The translations under genes were made by a program, and so were the position numbers. From the human T2T-CHM13v2.0 reference genome, Homo sapiens: 64,000 nucleotides of DNA. Location: the NCBI RefSeq assembly GCF_009914755.1, contig NC_060935.1; one strand, given 5' to 3'. Under the pieces are notes generated by a model. It worked only from the letters and a program-made list of their open reading frames with translations. It searched no databases and had not been told where the DNA came from. Positions 29,110-52,907 of the stretch are shown piece after piece. Positions within the stretch are counted from its first letter, which is position 1, and every line of letters starts with the position of its first letter.

Positions 29110-32129
<3,020 letters not shown>

Positions 32130-32150
<21 letters not shown>

Positions 32151-32374
32151 ATTCCCCCATTGTCAACTCCCTGTTGGCTTCCCCACGGCCCATTTGTGTG
32201 AGAAGAAGAGTGCCTGTGAAGGGATTAGTTGTGCTGTAAGGAGTGAAGGATAGAATACCTTTTTCCAGGTATTCCCCCATTGTCAACTCCCTGTTGGCTT
32301 CCCCACGGCCCATTTGTGTGAGAAGAAGAGTGCCTGTGAAGGGATTAGTTGTGCTGTAAGGAGTGAAGGATAGA
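32130..32374. repeat. Near-perfect 120-bp tandem duplication
   Basis: 32130-32250 and 32251-32370 differ by one C indel; TAGA is present at both unit starts and immediately after the second unit. Confidence 0.97.
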
Positions 32375-33522
32375 GGGGCAGGAGTATGGCAAATGTTGTA
32401 GTTCTCTGAAGAGCCAGTGAATGAGAGAATTGTAGACCTACTAGCAACTGTTGAGTCCAGCTTATTTGCTATTCTGAATAGTAATGAAAGAATTCAAGAG
32501 GCTTTGTAGCAAGTTAATAGAGATGAGGCAGCCTTCAGTCAGTCAGTGAAAACGTACATAAATCAAGGTTCATAGTCTGAAGATTCTTTTTCTTATTAAT
32601 AAGGCATTCTGTTTTGTAGATAGTGGATTTGGTGTCCTGCCACTTAGTTATGATTTAATGATATGCTCTTCAGTTTAATAGAGAATAGGTCAAGGAACTA
32701 CTTGAGCATCATTTTTGGAATCTATTATAAAAGTTTAATAGAAAACAATTAATTATTAAATTCCTTTTAAAATTGAGTATTAGGGAAACGTGTTTATTAT
32801 GTGTTCCATCAAAAAGGAGAGCAAAAATATGTTTCCTGGTACTTAACAATGTCTATTAGGAGATTTCAGAGCCTAACCAGTGTTTAATTTATCTCCAGTA
32901 CCTGTCTACTCTGGTACTCTGCACCTTTTATTTTTAATTGCAGGACTTACACTATATTTAATTTTATAAATTACCAAAAGTGCTTGTGGAAATAGACTTA
33001 ATTGAAATTAGAAAGTATCCTCTTGTTAAGAAGGTATTCTTTTTTCCATGTCAGTCAAGAAAAGTGTTCTTTCTATGGTTCTTTCATATTTGTTTATTTG
33101 CACACCTCTTCCTCATAGGGAAGAATAAAAGAAGAAAATGAGAGTTACAGGAAAATAATAAAAAGTAGAAAAAGTAATGTGAGGCCAGGCATAAAGTTAT
33201 TGTACAAAGTATATGCCGCAGCATCACAATTCTGACTCTGAATTTCCCAGTAGCCAACACTAAGAGGAGTGCGAAGTTACTTACGTGATTCATTTAAGTC
33301 CATAAGGTAAAAAGAAACTAGTTGTTCAGGAGAGAAGCGTAGCTAATCCCAGTACTAAGTTTTTAGTGGATATCTCCCATGGGTCCTTATGATAAGAATA
33401 CAGTGGCTGGGTGCGGTGGCTCACGCCTGTAATCCTAGCACTTTGGGAGGCTGACGTGGGCAGATCACCTGAGGTCGGGAGTTTGAGACCAGCCTGATGA
33501 ACACAGAGAAACCCCGTCTCTA

Positions 33523-33748
<226 letters not shown>

Positions 33749-34103
33749 TTAACTTTTAGGATGAACTATGTTCGTGAATATAAGCAGGATTTATAAGAGT
33801 ATGATGTTAATTTGTGGTTCTTAACCTAGTTTGGGTCATAGACCATCTAACATTATTTTTATGTAATTTTATCATGAATTTGATAAACATGCAGATTGTG
33901 GACTAACTTCAAGAGATTCCGATCCAGTAGGCCTGAGGTAGGTTTTAGGAATCTGTATGTGTAATCACCACCTCAGATGATTTTCACGTAGGTTGTTGTC
34001 AGATCATATGTTGACAAACTGTTTCAGTGTTATAATTTCAGGGAGTTTGCATATTCCATACAATCACTGTATGCATCTCAGGTTCTTAACCTGAGCAATA
34101 TCA

Positions 34104-34301
<198 letters not shown>

Positions 34302-34470
34302 CTACTCGGAGGCTGAGGCATGAAAATCACCTGACCCTGAGAGGTAGAGGCTATAGTGAGCCAAGATTATGCCACTGCACTCCAGCCTGGGCAACAGAAC
34401 GAGACTCTGTCTCAAAAAAAAAAAAAAATCATGAGTTTCATAGGGTGTTTGGTGCTGGTGTACTAGAAAG

Positions 34471-35228
34471 TTAGGTTTTACATTTAAGTCTTTAATCCAT
34501 CTTGAGTTAATTTTTGCATATGGTATAAGAAAGGGGTCTGGTTTTACTTTTCTGCATATGGCTAGCCAGTTATCCCAGCACCATTTATTGAACAGGGAGT
34601 CCTTTCTCTTTTGCTTTTGTCAGGTTTGTTGAAGATCAGATAGTTGTAGGTGTGTGGTCTTATTTCTGGGCTCTATTCTGTTCCATTGGTCTTTGTATAT
34701 GTTCTTATATCAGTACCATGATGTTTTTTGGTTACTACAGTGCTGTCGTATAAAGACACATGCACACATATGTTCATCACAGCACTGTTCACTCTAACAA
34801 AGACGTGAAATCACCCCCAATGCCCATCAATGATAGACTGGATAAAGAAAATGTGGTACATATACACCATGGAATACTATGCAGCCATAAAAAAGAACAA
34901 GATCATGTCCTTTGCAGGGACATGGATGGAGCTGGAGGCCATTTTCCTTAGCAAACTAATGCAGGAACAGAAAACCAAATATTGCATGTTCTCACTTATA
35001 AGTGGGAGCTAAATGATGAGAACACATGAACACATAAAGGGGAACAACACACACTGGGGCCTACCAGAGGGTGAAGGGTGGGAGGAGGGAGAGGATCAGG
35101 AAAAATAACTAATTGCTTAATCCTGGATAATGAAATAATCTGTACAACAAATCCCCATGACACAAGTTTACCTTTGTAACAAACCTGCACATCCTACACA
35201 TGTACCCCAAACTTAAAAGTTAAAGAAA
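34471..35228 (+). mobile_element. 5'-truncated, 5'-inverted L1PA-type element
   Basis: 34471-34750 is antisense ORF2 sequence; 34751-35228 is the sense ORF2 C-terminus (WIKKMWYIYTMEYYAAIKKN...MFSLISGS) plus 3' UTR. Confidence 0.88.
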
Positions 35229-35955
35229 ATCGTGACTTTTGTTGAAATTTATTGGCCAAAACAAACCAGATGGTCCTAGTTCAGTGGCTTACTGCTATAA
35301 CCTCAGCATTTTGGGAGACTCAGGTGAGTGCATCAGTTGAGCCCAGGAGTTCAAGACCAGCCTGGGAAATATAACAAGACCCCATCTCTACAAAAAAATA
35401 CAACAATTAGCTGGGCATGGTGGTGCGCACGTGTAGTCCCAGCTACTTGGGAGGATCAGGCAGGAGAATTGCTTGAGCCCAGGGGATCAAGGCTACAGTT
35501 AGCTATGATCACTCCACTGCCCTCCAGCCTGGGTGACAGAGCAAGACCCTGTCTTAAAAACAAACAAAAAACAAATCACATGGTCACATTTAACTTGAAA
35601 AGGAGTACTAATGACTAACACATATGGGGTCTCTCTCTCTCTCTCTCTTTGTTTTTGGCAATGTAATTGATCATTATTTTTCCTAATATTGCACTACTTT
35701 TACATTCCAGAGATAAACTGTATGATTATGAGGTCTGATTGTTTTGATATGACACTTGTTTGATTTGATAATATTTATTTAGATTTTTGCATCTTTGTTC
35801 TCTGGTAAGATTGGCCTGGAGTTTCCATTTCTTACGCTTTTCTCAGCAGTTCAGTGTCAGGGTTTTTTGTTAGCATTATAAAAGGAGATGAGTATTTTTC
35901 TGTTTTTTTTTTCTCCTCAGTTTTCAGAGTTTACATAGATTTCCAATATACTTTT

Positions 35956-36648
35956 TGTGAGTTTAGGACAACTACAAAATTAGATGATACAGTCTCCATA
36001 TAAGACTATTCTCACTTCTGACACCAACTGTAAGCTTGGGGGATTCCCAAAACCACTCTCAGGTTTGATAATTCATTAGAAAGGCTCATAGCATTTAGTG
36101 AAAGCTGTTGTACCCATAGTTATGATTTGTTATAGGGAAAGGATTCAGATAAAATCAGCCAAAGGAAGAGACTCATAGGGCTAAGTTTAGGAGAGTTCCA
36201 AATGCGAGCTTATCTTGCCCTCTCCCCATGTGGTCAGGACACATTTCTCTCCCGGCATCAATGTATGACAGTATGCACGAGTACCATCAAATAGGGAAGC
36301 TCACCCAACCTTTACTGTTGAGTTTTGATGGAGCTTATTCACATAGGTGTGATTGATTACTTGCTCACAGGGATTTCAGTCTCCGTGTTGAGTGACCCCC
36401 TGTGACCCCAAACCCGTATCTCAAGTTGTATTGTTCGTCTTCCCAGTTGGTGAGCCTCTACATAGGATTATATAGGTGTGGACAGTCCCCTCCCTGAATT
36501 GCATTATTAGCCAATCCAGTATGACCCAAGGCCTCCCAAAGACATACTTTTTAGACGTAACTTTCTAAGTGTCCAGAGATTATCTACTAGAAGCCAAGAA
36601 GAAAGACCAGACTGTCTCCTTGGACAAGGCCAAATTCTTCACTAAACA
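35956..36648 (-). mobile_element. ERV LTR of the MER77/MER21 group
   Basis: CACTTCTGACACCAACTG.AAG...CAGGTTTGATAATTC..TAGAA...AAAATCAGCCAAAGGAAGAG signature; TG...CA ends. Confidence 0.65.
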
Positions 36649-36849
36649 CATTTGTACAATTTTTCTCTTTTATGATTGTCTTCCTGTGATTCCTCAATAA
36701 CGGATTAAGCCTGTAGGGATTCCATTATGGAAAACTGGTTCATTTAAATTTGAGCCCTTCATTTCTCTAGCTGTCTCATAAAAATTACAGGATACTTTTT
36801 ATTTAACTGCATTTAAATTAAACTCCCTTTTATCTTTTTTTTTTTCAAG

Positions 36850-36959
36850 AATAAAGGTTCTCTTCAGTTTGAAGACAAATGGGATTTTATGCGCCCGATT
36901 GTTTTGAAGCTTTTACGCCAGGAATCTGTTACAAAACAGCAGTGGTTTGATCTGTTTTC
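36850..36959 (+). CDS. CUL5: Cullin-5 exon 2 (NKGSLQFEDKWDFMRPIVLKLLRQESVTKQQWFDLFS), 110 nt
   Basis: Long poly-T tract then CAAG| acceptor; TC|GTAAGT donor; continues the exon 1 frame into cullin repeat 1. Confidence 0.98.
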
Positions 36960-37079
36960 GTAAGTACTCCACTAATTCTGTTTGCTAGCATAAAGGAAAT
37001 TTTAGTGATGTCTTTCCATACCCAAATGGAATGTGTAACTCTAAGTTTATCTGTTTACCTATTAAAAAGTATTACTAGT

Positions 37080-40970
<3,891 letters not shown>

Positions 40971-41442
40971 TAAAATGCTGTATCAATGAATTATAGATGT
41001 ATAATTGCATAAGCTGTACACATTGGGCTATTGTAATCGTTTTCTCTCTTTATCACTTAAAATATTCTAATTTCCGAAATGATGTAGGACCTTGCTGCAT
41101 ACTATCAATTAACTTATACTTCTTGCCTTTGGGAAATTAAAGTTTAGTAAGAAACAGCTGAGGCCTTTTAAAGCTTTATTACATTCATGTATACATATAT
41201 TTTTTGTAAATTATTCAATTAAACTATTTTATGAATGATATGTTGGGTGTGGTGGGGTGTTTTGTTGTTAATGTTGTTTTTGCCAGTCTGTGTTGATAAG
41301 ATTTATTATTGAGAATAGTGCTTGTTCTCTGAGTACTCCTGACTTAGAAAAGGAGCATAGCCCTACTAAAGGGGACTTCAAAGTAGAAATCGTCAATAAC
41401 CTTTTACTTGCTACAGTTAGTGGCCTCAACATGATGTTTTTA

Positions 41443-41720
<278 letters not shown>

Positions 41721-42086
41721 TCAGAAAAAAAAAAAAAAAAGATCTTTCATCTCCTTGGAGTACCTAAAGCAGTTCAGTGTATCGTCCTTTTAGGTAAAGG
41801 GATTTCTGACTGACAATAATTAAAACCCTTGTAAATTTTAGCCATATTTTGGCCATGTTAATCGTTAACATTTAGGTTGCTTATATCTTTCTAAATCTTA
41901 GTTACTAAATAATGTATTGATGTTAAGGTACATTGACTGAGATTTTCCCCCCTTTTCTCCTAATCTATATTCTTTCTCTATTGAAGTACTCTTGGTATTT
42001 TGGGTGGTATAAGAGATTGTTCTGCATGTTGTGCAATATTTATCACTTCTGTCCTTCACTCTTTTTTTTTTTTCTTTTTAAATTGA

Positions 42087-42391
<305 letters not shown>

Positions 42392-42439
42392 TGAACACTC
42401 CTTCTGTGTCTTTCTCCTCACCCTTCTGTGTCTTTCTCC

Positions 42440-42531
42440 CCACCTTGCATTATAAAAACAAAGATTCTCACATGTTTCCAGATACCCTTCTAGGGGAACA
42501 ATACCTTCCTTAGTTGAGAACTGCTGCTCTA
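42440..42531. mobile_element. MER20 fragment, followed by an antisense L1M 3' end (about 42540-42775)
   Basis: AGTTGAGAACTGCTGCTCTA terminus; then ACCCATTTTTAAGTGTACAATTCAGTGGCATT L1M signature. Confidence 0.6.
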
Positions 42532-43472
42532 GATCCATTTACAATTTTACCCATTTTTAAGTGTACAATTCAGTGGCATTAATTATATTCACAATGTTTT
42601 GCAAACATCAACACAGTCCATTCCCCAAACGCTTCATCATCAGAAACAGAAGCTCTGTACCCATTAAACAATAATTCTTCATTCTTCCTCTCCTCAGCTC
42701 CATTTTAGTTTCCATCTATGAATTTGCTTATCTAGATAACTCATATAAATGGAATCGTATAGTATTTGTCGTTTGGAAAGACATACTGTTTTTTAATGGG
42801 CTTGGTTATTCAGTTCAGGTTTAATGTTATGACTGATATTCTTGCTTTTGTTGCTTCTATAACTTTATCATGGATCTGATGTTATTGTTTCTTCATTTTC
42901 CCTTTGTTTTTATTAATTTTAAAGTTTATTTCCATTAGTGGTTGCCTTCGTGTTTCTTGGTCTTAGTTAGAAGCATGTGATTGTCCTACTACTTGGAAAC
43001 AAAATACATATCATTTTATCACACCAGGGTCACACTATTTCTTGTTCTCTTCTACACAAGGAAATCAAAACCTCTGGAATAGTTTTTACTTCTTGCTGCT
43101 TTTCCTGTCGCTTCTGTCTGCCTCCTTAAGACTTTTGAGAAGCTTCTATTTCCTCCCTCTCCTATTTCCCAACTCCTAGATTTTTCTAATAAAGTTTTTA
43201 AAAAGATTTATCTTATAGCATGTTCCCTTTTAAAAGCACTTTGGGGCTGGATGTGATGGCTCATGCCTGTAATCCCAACACTTTGGGAGGCCGAGGCTGG
43301 AGGATTGCTTGAGGCCAGAGTTCGAGACCAGCCTGGGAAACACAGTGAGATTCCATTTCTACAAAAAATTAGCCAAGGCTGGGTGTGGTGGCTCATGCCG
43401 GTAATCCCAGCACTTTGGGAGGCGAAGGCAGGTGGATCACCTGAGGTCAGGAGTTCGATACCACCCTGGTCA

Positions 43473-43676
<204 letters not shown>

Positions 43677-44304
43677 TTAGCCAGTCGTGGTGGCACGTGC
43701 CTGTAGTCCCAACTACTCAGGAGGCTGAGGCAGAAAGATCCTTGAGCACAGGAGTTTTAAGTTACGAGCTTATCATGCCACTGCACTCCAGGCAGGGTGA
43801 CAGGGAGAGACCCTGTCTCAACAAAAAAAAAAGTACATTGAGAACATTCTTCCCTGATACAGCAAGGCAGAGAAGTAACTGGTGATTGAGAAAAGAGAGC
43901 TGGAGAAGATGTACCAAATCCCTTCTAAATTTGACTCTTCTTTTGATAAGATTTCTAGGGAATTATCTAACTCCACCCCCTTTTACCACACCATTCCCTG
44001 TTATCCTATGAGACTCAAGTCCTGTTTGAACCTTTCTGACATATATGCAAAAGTGATTTGAGTACGGCAGGGTTACAAAGGTAGGTTTGTTTTTGGGATG
44101 CACAGGTCTCCTCTGATGGGTGACTTTGGCTCCAGAATTCTTCAACAGCCTTACCAACCTTTCTTAGAACTGTGCTGATTCTTACTGCTCAAGCTTCCTT
44201 TCTTGTCTCCTCTACAGGGATCACACCTACACCCAGCTTTCTGTAGCCCATTTTCCTTCACAGGTGTTCCCTTAGTAAATCTCTTATATTAATAATCTCA
44301 TTAG

Positions 44305-45032
<728 letters not shown>

Positions 45033-46807
45033 TAAATAAAAGATGATGGGGACTATCATGGTAATGGGAGGGAAACGTCCACATTAGAGAGACATTTGCA
45101 TGATAAATATAATAGGACTGTGATTGAATATAAGGGATAAAAGGGGGTTAGTTTGCCCAATTTTTTTCTTATCACTTCACATTTTCACATTTTACTTTAC
45201 AGGGTAGCCACATTGATGTGCTTATAGTCCACTGCAGTTACCTTAGTCATCCACAATTCTTTTTTTTTTTTTTTTTTTTGAGACAGAGTCTTGCTCTGTT
45301 GTCCAGGCTGCAGCGCAGTGGTGCAGTCTCGGCTCACTGCAACCTCCACCCCCGGGTTCAAGCAATTCTCATGCCTCAGCCTCCCAAATTGCTGGGACAA
45401 CAGGCGTGCCTCACCACACCAGGCTAATTTTTGTATTTTTTTTAGTAGAGACGGGGTTTCACCATGTTGTCTAGGCTGGTCCTGAACACCTGGCCTCCAG
45501 TGATCCACCAACTTTGGCTTCCCTAAGAGCTGGGATTGCAAGCTTGAGCCACTGCACCTGGCCCACAATTCTATATACTGTCGATTTTTTTTGATAAAAT
45601 ATCCTCTCTCCTATTTTTGTACACCTTTGCCTGGCAAACTCCTATTTTTGGAGATTAAGCTCAGGAACCAACTATTCCAGGAAGCCTTTCCTTTTCCTCT
45701 CTACCTCTCACTCACCCTTACCCTGTCCTTGAGTTCCTAAACCATCTTTTGTTTATATGCATAAAATAGTTGTAAACATATTATAATCAATTTTTCTATC
45801 AGTTTCTTTTTTTTTCTTTTTTGAGACAGAGTCTTGCCCTGTTGCCCAGGCTGGAGTGCAGAAGTGCAGTCTTCGCTCACTGCAACCTCCGCTTCCAGGG
45901 TTCAAGCGATTCCCTTGCCTTAGCCTCCTGAGTACCTGGGACTAAGGAGCGCACCACCACGCCTGGCTAATTTTTGTATTTTTAGTAGAGATGGAGTTTC
46001 GCTATGTTGGCCAGGTTGGTTGCGAACTCCTGGCCTCAAGTGATGTGTCCACCTCGGCCTCCCAAAATGCTAGGATTAAAGGCATGAGCCGCCATGCCCG
46101 GCCTGTTTCTTTTTTAAAAAAATTGTTTTTAGAGGCAGGGCATTACTCTGTCGCTCAGGCTGGAGTGCAGTGGCACAATTGTAGCTCATTGTAACCTTGA
46201 ACTTCTGAGTTCAAGTGATCTTCCCTCAGCCTCCTGAAAAGCTAGGACTACAGGCATGTGCCACCATGCCCAACTAATTATTTTATTTTATTTTTGTATA
46301 GATGTGGTCTTGCCATGTGGCCTAGGCTAATCTCGAACTTCTGGCCTCAAATGATCCTCCTGCCTTGGCCTCCAAGAGTGCTAGGATTACAGACATGAGC
46401 CAATATGCCTGGCCCAGTCTCTTCTTTTAGACTCTAGATTCTTTTAGTCATTAGATGAGACTGTATAGGTATGCAGGAGTCATTTAATCATTTTGTAATT
46501 TATTCTAAGAGTATTGGGAAACCATTAGAGGATTTAAGTATGGGGTAATATGATGTGACTTGAGTTTTGTAAAGATCACTTTAGCTTCTTGTTTAATAGA
46601 TTGGAGGGTTTCAAGAGTAGATTTGGTTTAGTGTGAGTTCTGGAGCCTGATTTCCTGGCTCCACCATAAACTTAACTGTATAATCTTGGATTGTTTTTCC
46701 TTCAATTTCCCCATCTGTAAAATAAGGATAAAATAGTAGTACTTTAGAATTGCTATGAAGATAAAATAAGTTAAAAGAACTTAGAATAGTATCTGGCTGG
46801 TGCCTCA

Positions 46808-47104
<297 letters not shown>

Positions 47105-47799
47105 TCAGGTGTTACCTTTTATATTGTTATTTAACAAATATTTGTGTGCTTATAGCATCCTAGGCACTGGACCAGATACCATTATCAAGCTGAATTGAAC
47201 CAGTGAAAAAAGCATTCAAATTAATATGGAGACAAAACTTTGGGCTCTACTAGTGTCTCTAAAAATTGGAATATAGGCCAACCCCAGTGGCTCATGCCTA
47301 TATGCTGGCCCTTTGTGAGGCTGAGGCGGGTGGATCACTTGAGTTCAGGGGTTCATGATCAGTCCAGACAACATAGGGAGACCGTGTCTCTACAAAAAAT
47401 AAAAAATTAGCCAGACATGGTGGCACATACCTGTGGTCCCAGCTAGTCGGGAGGCTGAGGCAGGGTTGAGCCCAGGAGGTTGAGGCTGCAGTGAGCTGTG
47501 TTCATGCCACTACACCTCAGACTGGGCAACAGAGTGAGACAGTGTCTCAAAAAAAAAAAATTAGAATATAAAACAATTTGATTATTGACATGTTGTAATT
47601 CTGGAGTTGTTTTATTTGGATTTCTTTGACTTTTTTTAATACTAGAGGCTCCATTATGAATTGAATGAATCACTGGGGAACATTTTTTGAATGAATGATT
47701 CTTCACTATGACCCTGTCCTTTCGTTGTTTCTCTGATTTACAACTTGGTCATTTGATTTACAACTTGGTAATTTTTTTACTTTTTTTTTTATATTTTAA

Positions 47800-48021
<222 letters not shown>

Positions 48022-49309
48022 TGAACTCCTGACCTCAAGTGATCTGCCCACCTCAGCCTCCCCAAGTGCTTGGATTACAGGCTTGAGCCACTGCCCCTGG
48101 CCTACAACTAGGTAATTAAGAAATTAATTTTCTGAACATGCTGTACTAGTATTAAATATATTTCTATAATGAAGAACTTTTTTGTAAACTATGTCAGCTT
48201 TATAAGTTCTGAGTTTTTGTATATCAATTTATGATAGCTTTTGTTTTTGTTTTTTTGTTTAAAGGAGAAACAGTAATTGATGTGTAAATGGGTAATATAT
48301 GGGGAAGCTAGGAGATATGCTTTATTGTGATTTAAGTGACTAATTTTTTTAAAAAGACAAAATAGGCTGGCCCACAATCCCACCATTTTGGGAGGCTGAG
48401 GCAGGAGAATTGCTTGAGGATTTGAGTTCAAGCCCAGACTGGGCAACATAGCAAAACCCCATCTCTACCAAAAATTTAAAAAACTAGACAGGTGCATGCT
48501 TGTAGTCCCAGCTACTCAGGAGGCTGAGGCAGGGGGATCCCTTGAGCACAGGAGTTTGAGACTGCAGTGAGCTATGGTTGTGGCACTGCACTCCAGCCTG
48601 GGTGACAGAGTATATAACAAAGCTGGGCATGGTGGCTAACACTTTTAATTCCAGCACTTTGGAGACTGAGGCAGGAGGATCCCTTGAAACAAGGAGTTCA
48701 AGACCAGCCTGGACAACATAGCAAGACTGTTTCTACAACAAAATTTAAAAAAAAATTAGGCGTGGTGGCATGCTCCTATAGTACCAGCTCTTAGAAGGCT
48801 GAGGAGGGAGGATCGCCTCAACCCAGGAGGTCAAGGCTGCAGTGAGCCGTGATTGTGCCAGTGCACACTAGCCTGGGCAACATAGTGAGACCCTGTCTCT
48901 AAAAAATAAAAATAAAAAAATTTTTAAAAATAATTAAAAAGGACAAAATAGTATACATCTATTGTGTTAAAGAATTAAAAGGATTTGTAGTTGTTTTTGC
49001 ACAGGAAAATATTAATAGCAGTTAACTTTGGGCAGTGACATTGGGAGATGGAGACATGCTTTCATAACTAAATTTTATGTGGTAAGTAGCAGAGAATTAA
49101 AGAGGAAAACAATGGCTAAAGAAAATAAAAATAGAAACAAATGTGTATGTGAGGCAATTACAAGCGTACTTGGTTTATATGAGTGAATTCAGACACCATT
49201 TACTTGGTTCTAATATGGCCCATGGAAACTGTACTGAAATAGAATTTAAGATGTTTTGTTCAGTTCTTGTTTCATTATTAATGTTTGTTTACCTACTTTA
49301 TATTCACAG

Positions 49310-49409
49310 GGATGTGCATGCAGTCTGTCTTTGGGATGATAAAGGCCCAGCAAAAATTCATCAGGCTTTAAAAGAAGATATTCTTGAGTTTATTAAGCAG
49401 GCACAGGCA
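49310..49409 (+). CDS. CUL5: Cullin-5 exon 3 (DVHAVCLWDDKGPAKIHQALKEDILEFIKQAQA), 100 nt
   Basis: CACAG|G acceptor; GCA|GTAAGT donor; phase 2 start matches the exon 2 end; includes L52/W53 of the SOCS-box/Vif-binding surface. Confidence 0.98.
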
Positions 49410-50193
49410 GTAAGTTCTACATGCTTATTTTAGACTTGTTTTAAAACTACTCAGATAATATCATATTTTATTATTTTGAAAGTAGAACTTCTTGAAGTAA
49501 TTTCAAAATATTGCATTGACTTTTGACACATTTGTTAAATAAATTTATTAATGAAATGATCGTCATTAGTTGGATTATTTTTTTCCCACAGTGATACTTC
49601 TGTCAAGAGAGTACATATTATATTTAATTAAAAGATGCTATAGCGAATTCAGTTTTTTATATTTTTTGGGAGTCCCCACCACCATTATTTTTTGGCTACA
49701 CATCAGTCCACACAGATCTTTTTTTTTCTCTCATGACTAATACCTCTTCTCAAGTTGACAGTAATTTCTTCAATTCCAGATCCTTCTCCAATTGTAATTT
49801 ATTTAGACTGTCCTTTGTATTGCTGTTGCTGAGCTGAAATTCAGCACTCTTACATTGCTGTTATGTATAAATCAAAAATTTTGATCAAAAATCAAAAGCT
49901 CATTTAGGCATTAGATCAGTAATGCAAGAGTTAGTTTTGTTTTGTTTTTTTTCTGTGACACCTTGTAATGTTGTTTCAAATCAGCCACGGCCTCTCTTAT
50001 GAATAAATCCCTTATCATTTTGAGGAGGACCCTAAGGACGTGAGATTATTTTCCTTTCTATAACATGAGGTCTGGGACAGGGCACAGTAGCTCAGGCCTG
50101 TAATCCCAGCACTTTGGGAGGCTGAGGCAGGCAAATTGCTTGAGTCAAAGAGTTTGATACCAGCCTGGGAAACATGGTGAGACCTTGCCTCTA

Positions 50194-50406
<213 letters not shown>

Positions 50407-51994
50407 CTAGAATTTCTTATTTTTTAGTTGGATCATTCCATTAATGTCTTGTACAACATTAGTAAAAGTTGTTTGTTAAATCGTGTTATTAAATACTAAA
50501 AGGTGCTTAGCAGTTGAAAATTAAAACTGAGTTTTTTCTATGTATGACTTAAGATATTGAAATCAAGTATATGATTGGCATATATTTTAATTTTGCTAGT
50601 AGCCACTACCATGATGGAGTAAGACTAATCTATTGGATATTACTTAAGAAATTAAGTGTTTTATTGATAGTTTCTTGACAAATTTTTTAAATTGTAGTTT
50701 TATAGGAAGTTATCTTTTAATGAAAATCTGTTTTCAAGCACTTAGAAAATTAAATGTTTCAGTATCAATTTAAAACTATTTTCTTAGAACTAATTTAGAG
50801 ATACAGTTTCTACTTGCATTGGGAAATGTACCACGTTTTCTTTTTATGACTTGATAAAGATAAATTATGTTTATTTCAGATAGATAGAGCTTTATTCTTC
50901 AGTTTCTGGAAATAAACTTATGAAGAATTACCTTGGATGTTCTTAACAGATGTTAAAAAATATGCTGAACACTGGCAAAAAAAAGTAGGGGAGGGTTTCA
51001 CGGTAACATGACTGAATAAAGTCTGGAAATGTAGACCTCAGCAAGAACCCAAGAATGGGATTTAGCACCACTAATTCTGAGCAGTTAATAGGAGTAGCAA
51101 TGCCAGACATGGGTCTTAAAAAGACCCATCTTAAAAAGATTTTTAAACGCTTAAGAAATTTTTTTTTTTTTTTCATGAATCATTTTACTTAGGCAATCTT
51201 CAGTTGAACATACCTTGTTAGGAAGGACCAAATCTCCCAGATGGTTGAAAGGCAATATGCATTGAAATGTTTATAACATTTTTTAAAGAACAAAAAAAAA
51301 AGTAAAAATAATAAACATAGGTGGAGTCTTTTTTGTTTAACCTAGATTAACACAACTGTTTTATTTGTTCACAATTCTGTGGCTTAGCAATTTGGGCTGG
51401 TCTCAGCTGAATTTGCCTAAGCTTATTAATGCAGCAACAGTGGGCTGTTGGACATGGTGGTCTAAGAGAGCATTAAAACTCATATATGGTTTTTGATGTG
51501 GCTTTCTTTTCACTGTGTGGTTTGTCATTCTCAAGGAGACCAGCCTTTGAGATGAAAGTGGAATCTACAATACCTATTCATGGATAGACTGAGAAATCTT
51601 TCACTGTTACATCGGTGGCATTCTGTTGGTCAAAGTAAATCACAGGACCAGCCCAAACTCTAATAGTGGGGAAATAGACTCCACCACCTTTTTTTTTTTT
51701 TTTGAGGTGGATTCTCACTTTGTCGCCCAGGCTGCAGTGCAGTAGCGCGATCTCGGCTCACTACAACCTCCGCCTCCTGGATTCAAGCGATTCTCCTGCC
51801 TCAGCCTCCCGAGCAGCTGAGATTACAGGCGCATGCCACCATGCCTGGCTAATTTTTGTATTTTTAGTAGAGATGGGGTTTCACCATGTTGGTCAAGCTG
51901 GTCTCAAACTCATGACCTCGTGATCTGCCCGCCTTAGCCTCCCAAAGTGCTGGGATTACAGGCATGAGCCACCGCACCTGCCGTGACTCCACCA

Positions 51995-52795
51995 CCTTTT
52001 AAAAACTTGAGATATAATTAATATACCATAAAATTTACTCTCTTAAAGGATATGATTCAGTGGGTTGTAGTATATTTCATAAAATTGTGCAACCATCACC
52101 CAATAATCCCAGAATATTTTCATCACCCTAAAAAGAAATCCTATACCTATGAACAGTCACTCCCTTCTCCCAACCCACTAAATCACTAATCTGTTGTCCC
52201 TATGGATATGTCTATATTTGACATTTTCTGTAATTGGAATCATAATATGTGGCCTTTTGTGACTAGTTTCTTTCACAATATTTGTTTCTCTTTATGGCTG
52301 AATAATATCTATTGTTTGGATATACCATATATTGTGGGGTTTTTTGGTTTCTTTTTTCATTTGTTTAGTTTTTTTTCAAGCCAGGGTATTGCTCTGTCGC
52401 CCAGGCCAGAGTGCAGTGGTGCAATCATGGCTCACTGTAGCCTCAACTGCTGGGGCTCAAGCAATCCTCCCACCTCAACCTCCTAAGTAGCTGGGACCAC
52501 AGGCACGCACCAACACACCCAGCTAATTTTTTGTATTATTTGTGGAGATGAGGTCTTGCTATGTTGCCCAGGTTGGTCTCAAATTCCTGAGCTCAAGCAA
52601 TCCTCCCGCCTCAGCCTCCCAAAGTGCTGGGACTACTGTATGAGCCACCACGCCTGGCCCATATATTGTTTATCCGTATTTCAGCTAATGGATATTTGGG
52701 TTGTTTCTATTTTTTATCTATTTTGAATAATGCTGCTGTGAACATTCGTGTACAAGTTTTTTTGTGAACATGTTTTAATTTCTTTTGGATATAAG
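51995..52795 (-). mobile_element. L1M (L1MB-like) 3' end with Alu insertion; a sense L1M 3' end lies at about 60345-60940
   Basis: TTGTGCAACCATCACC, TGAATAATGCTGCTGTGAACATTCGTGTACAAGTTTTT. Confidence 0.7.
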
Positions 52796-52907
52796 AGCTT
52801 GTACAATAATTTAAAAATTATGTACAATTTAAATTTTGGCATGAATATGTTCTTAATTTTTCAAAGCAACTGCATTTATTTCAAATTGGTACACCTCTTT
52901 TTTTCAG

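Noticed and set aside
34830-35012. 60-aa ORF with a clear protein-like sequence
   Set aside because: It is the C-terminal remnant of L1 ORF2 in a truncated, inverted element.
49143-49433. 96-aa ORF
   Set aside because: It is CUL5 exon 3 plus flanking intron.
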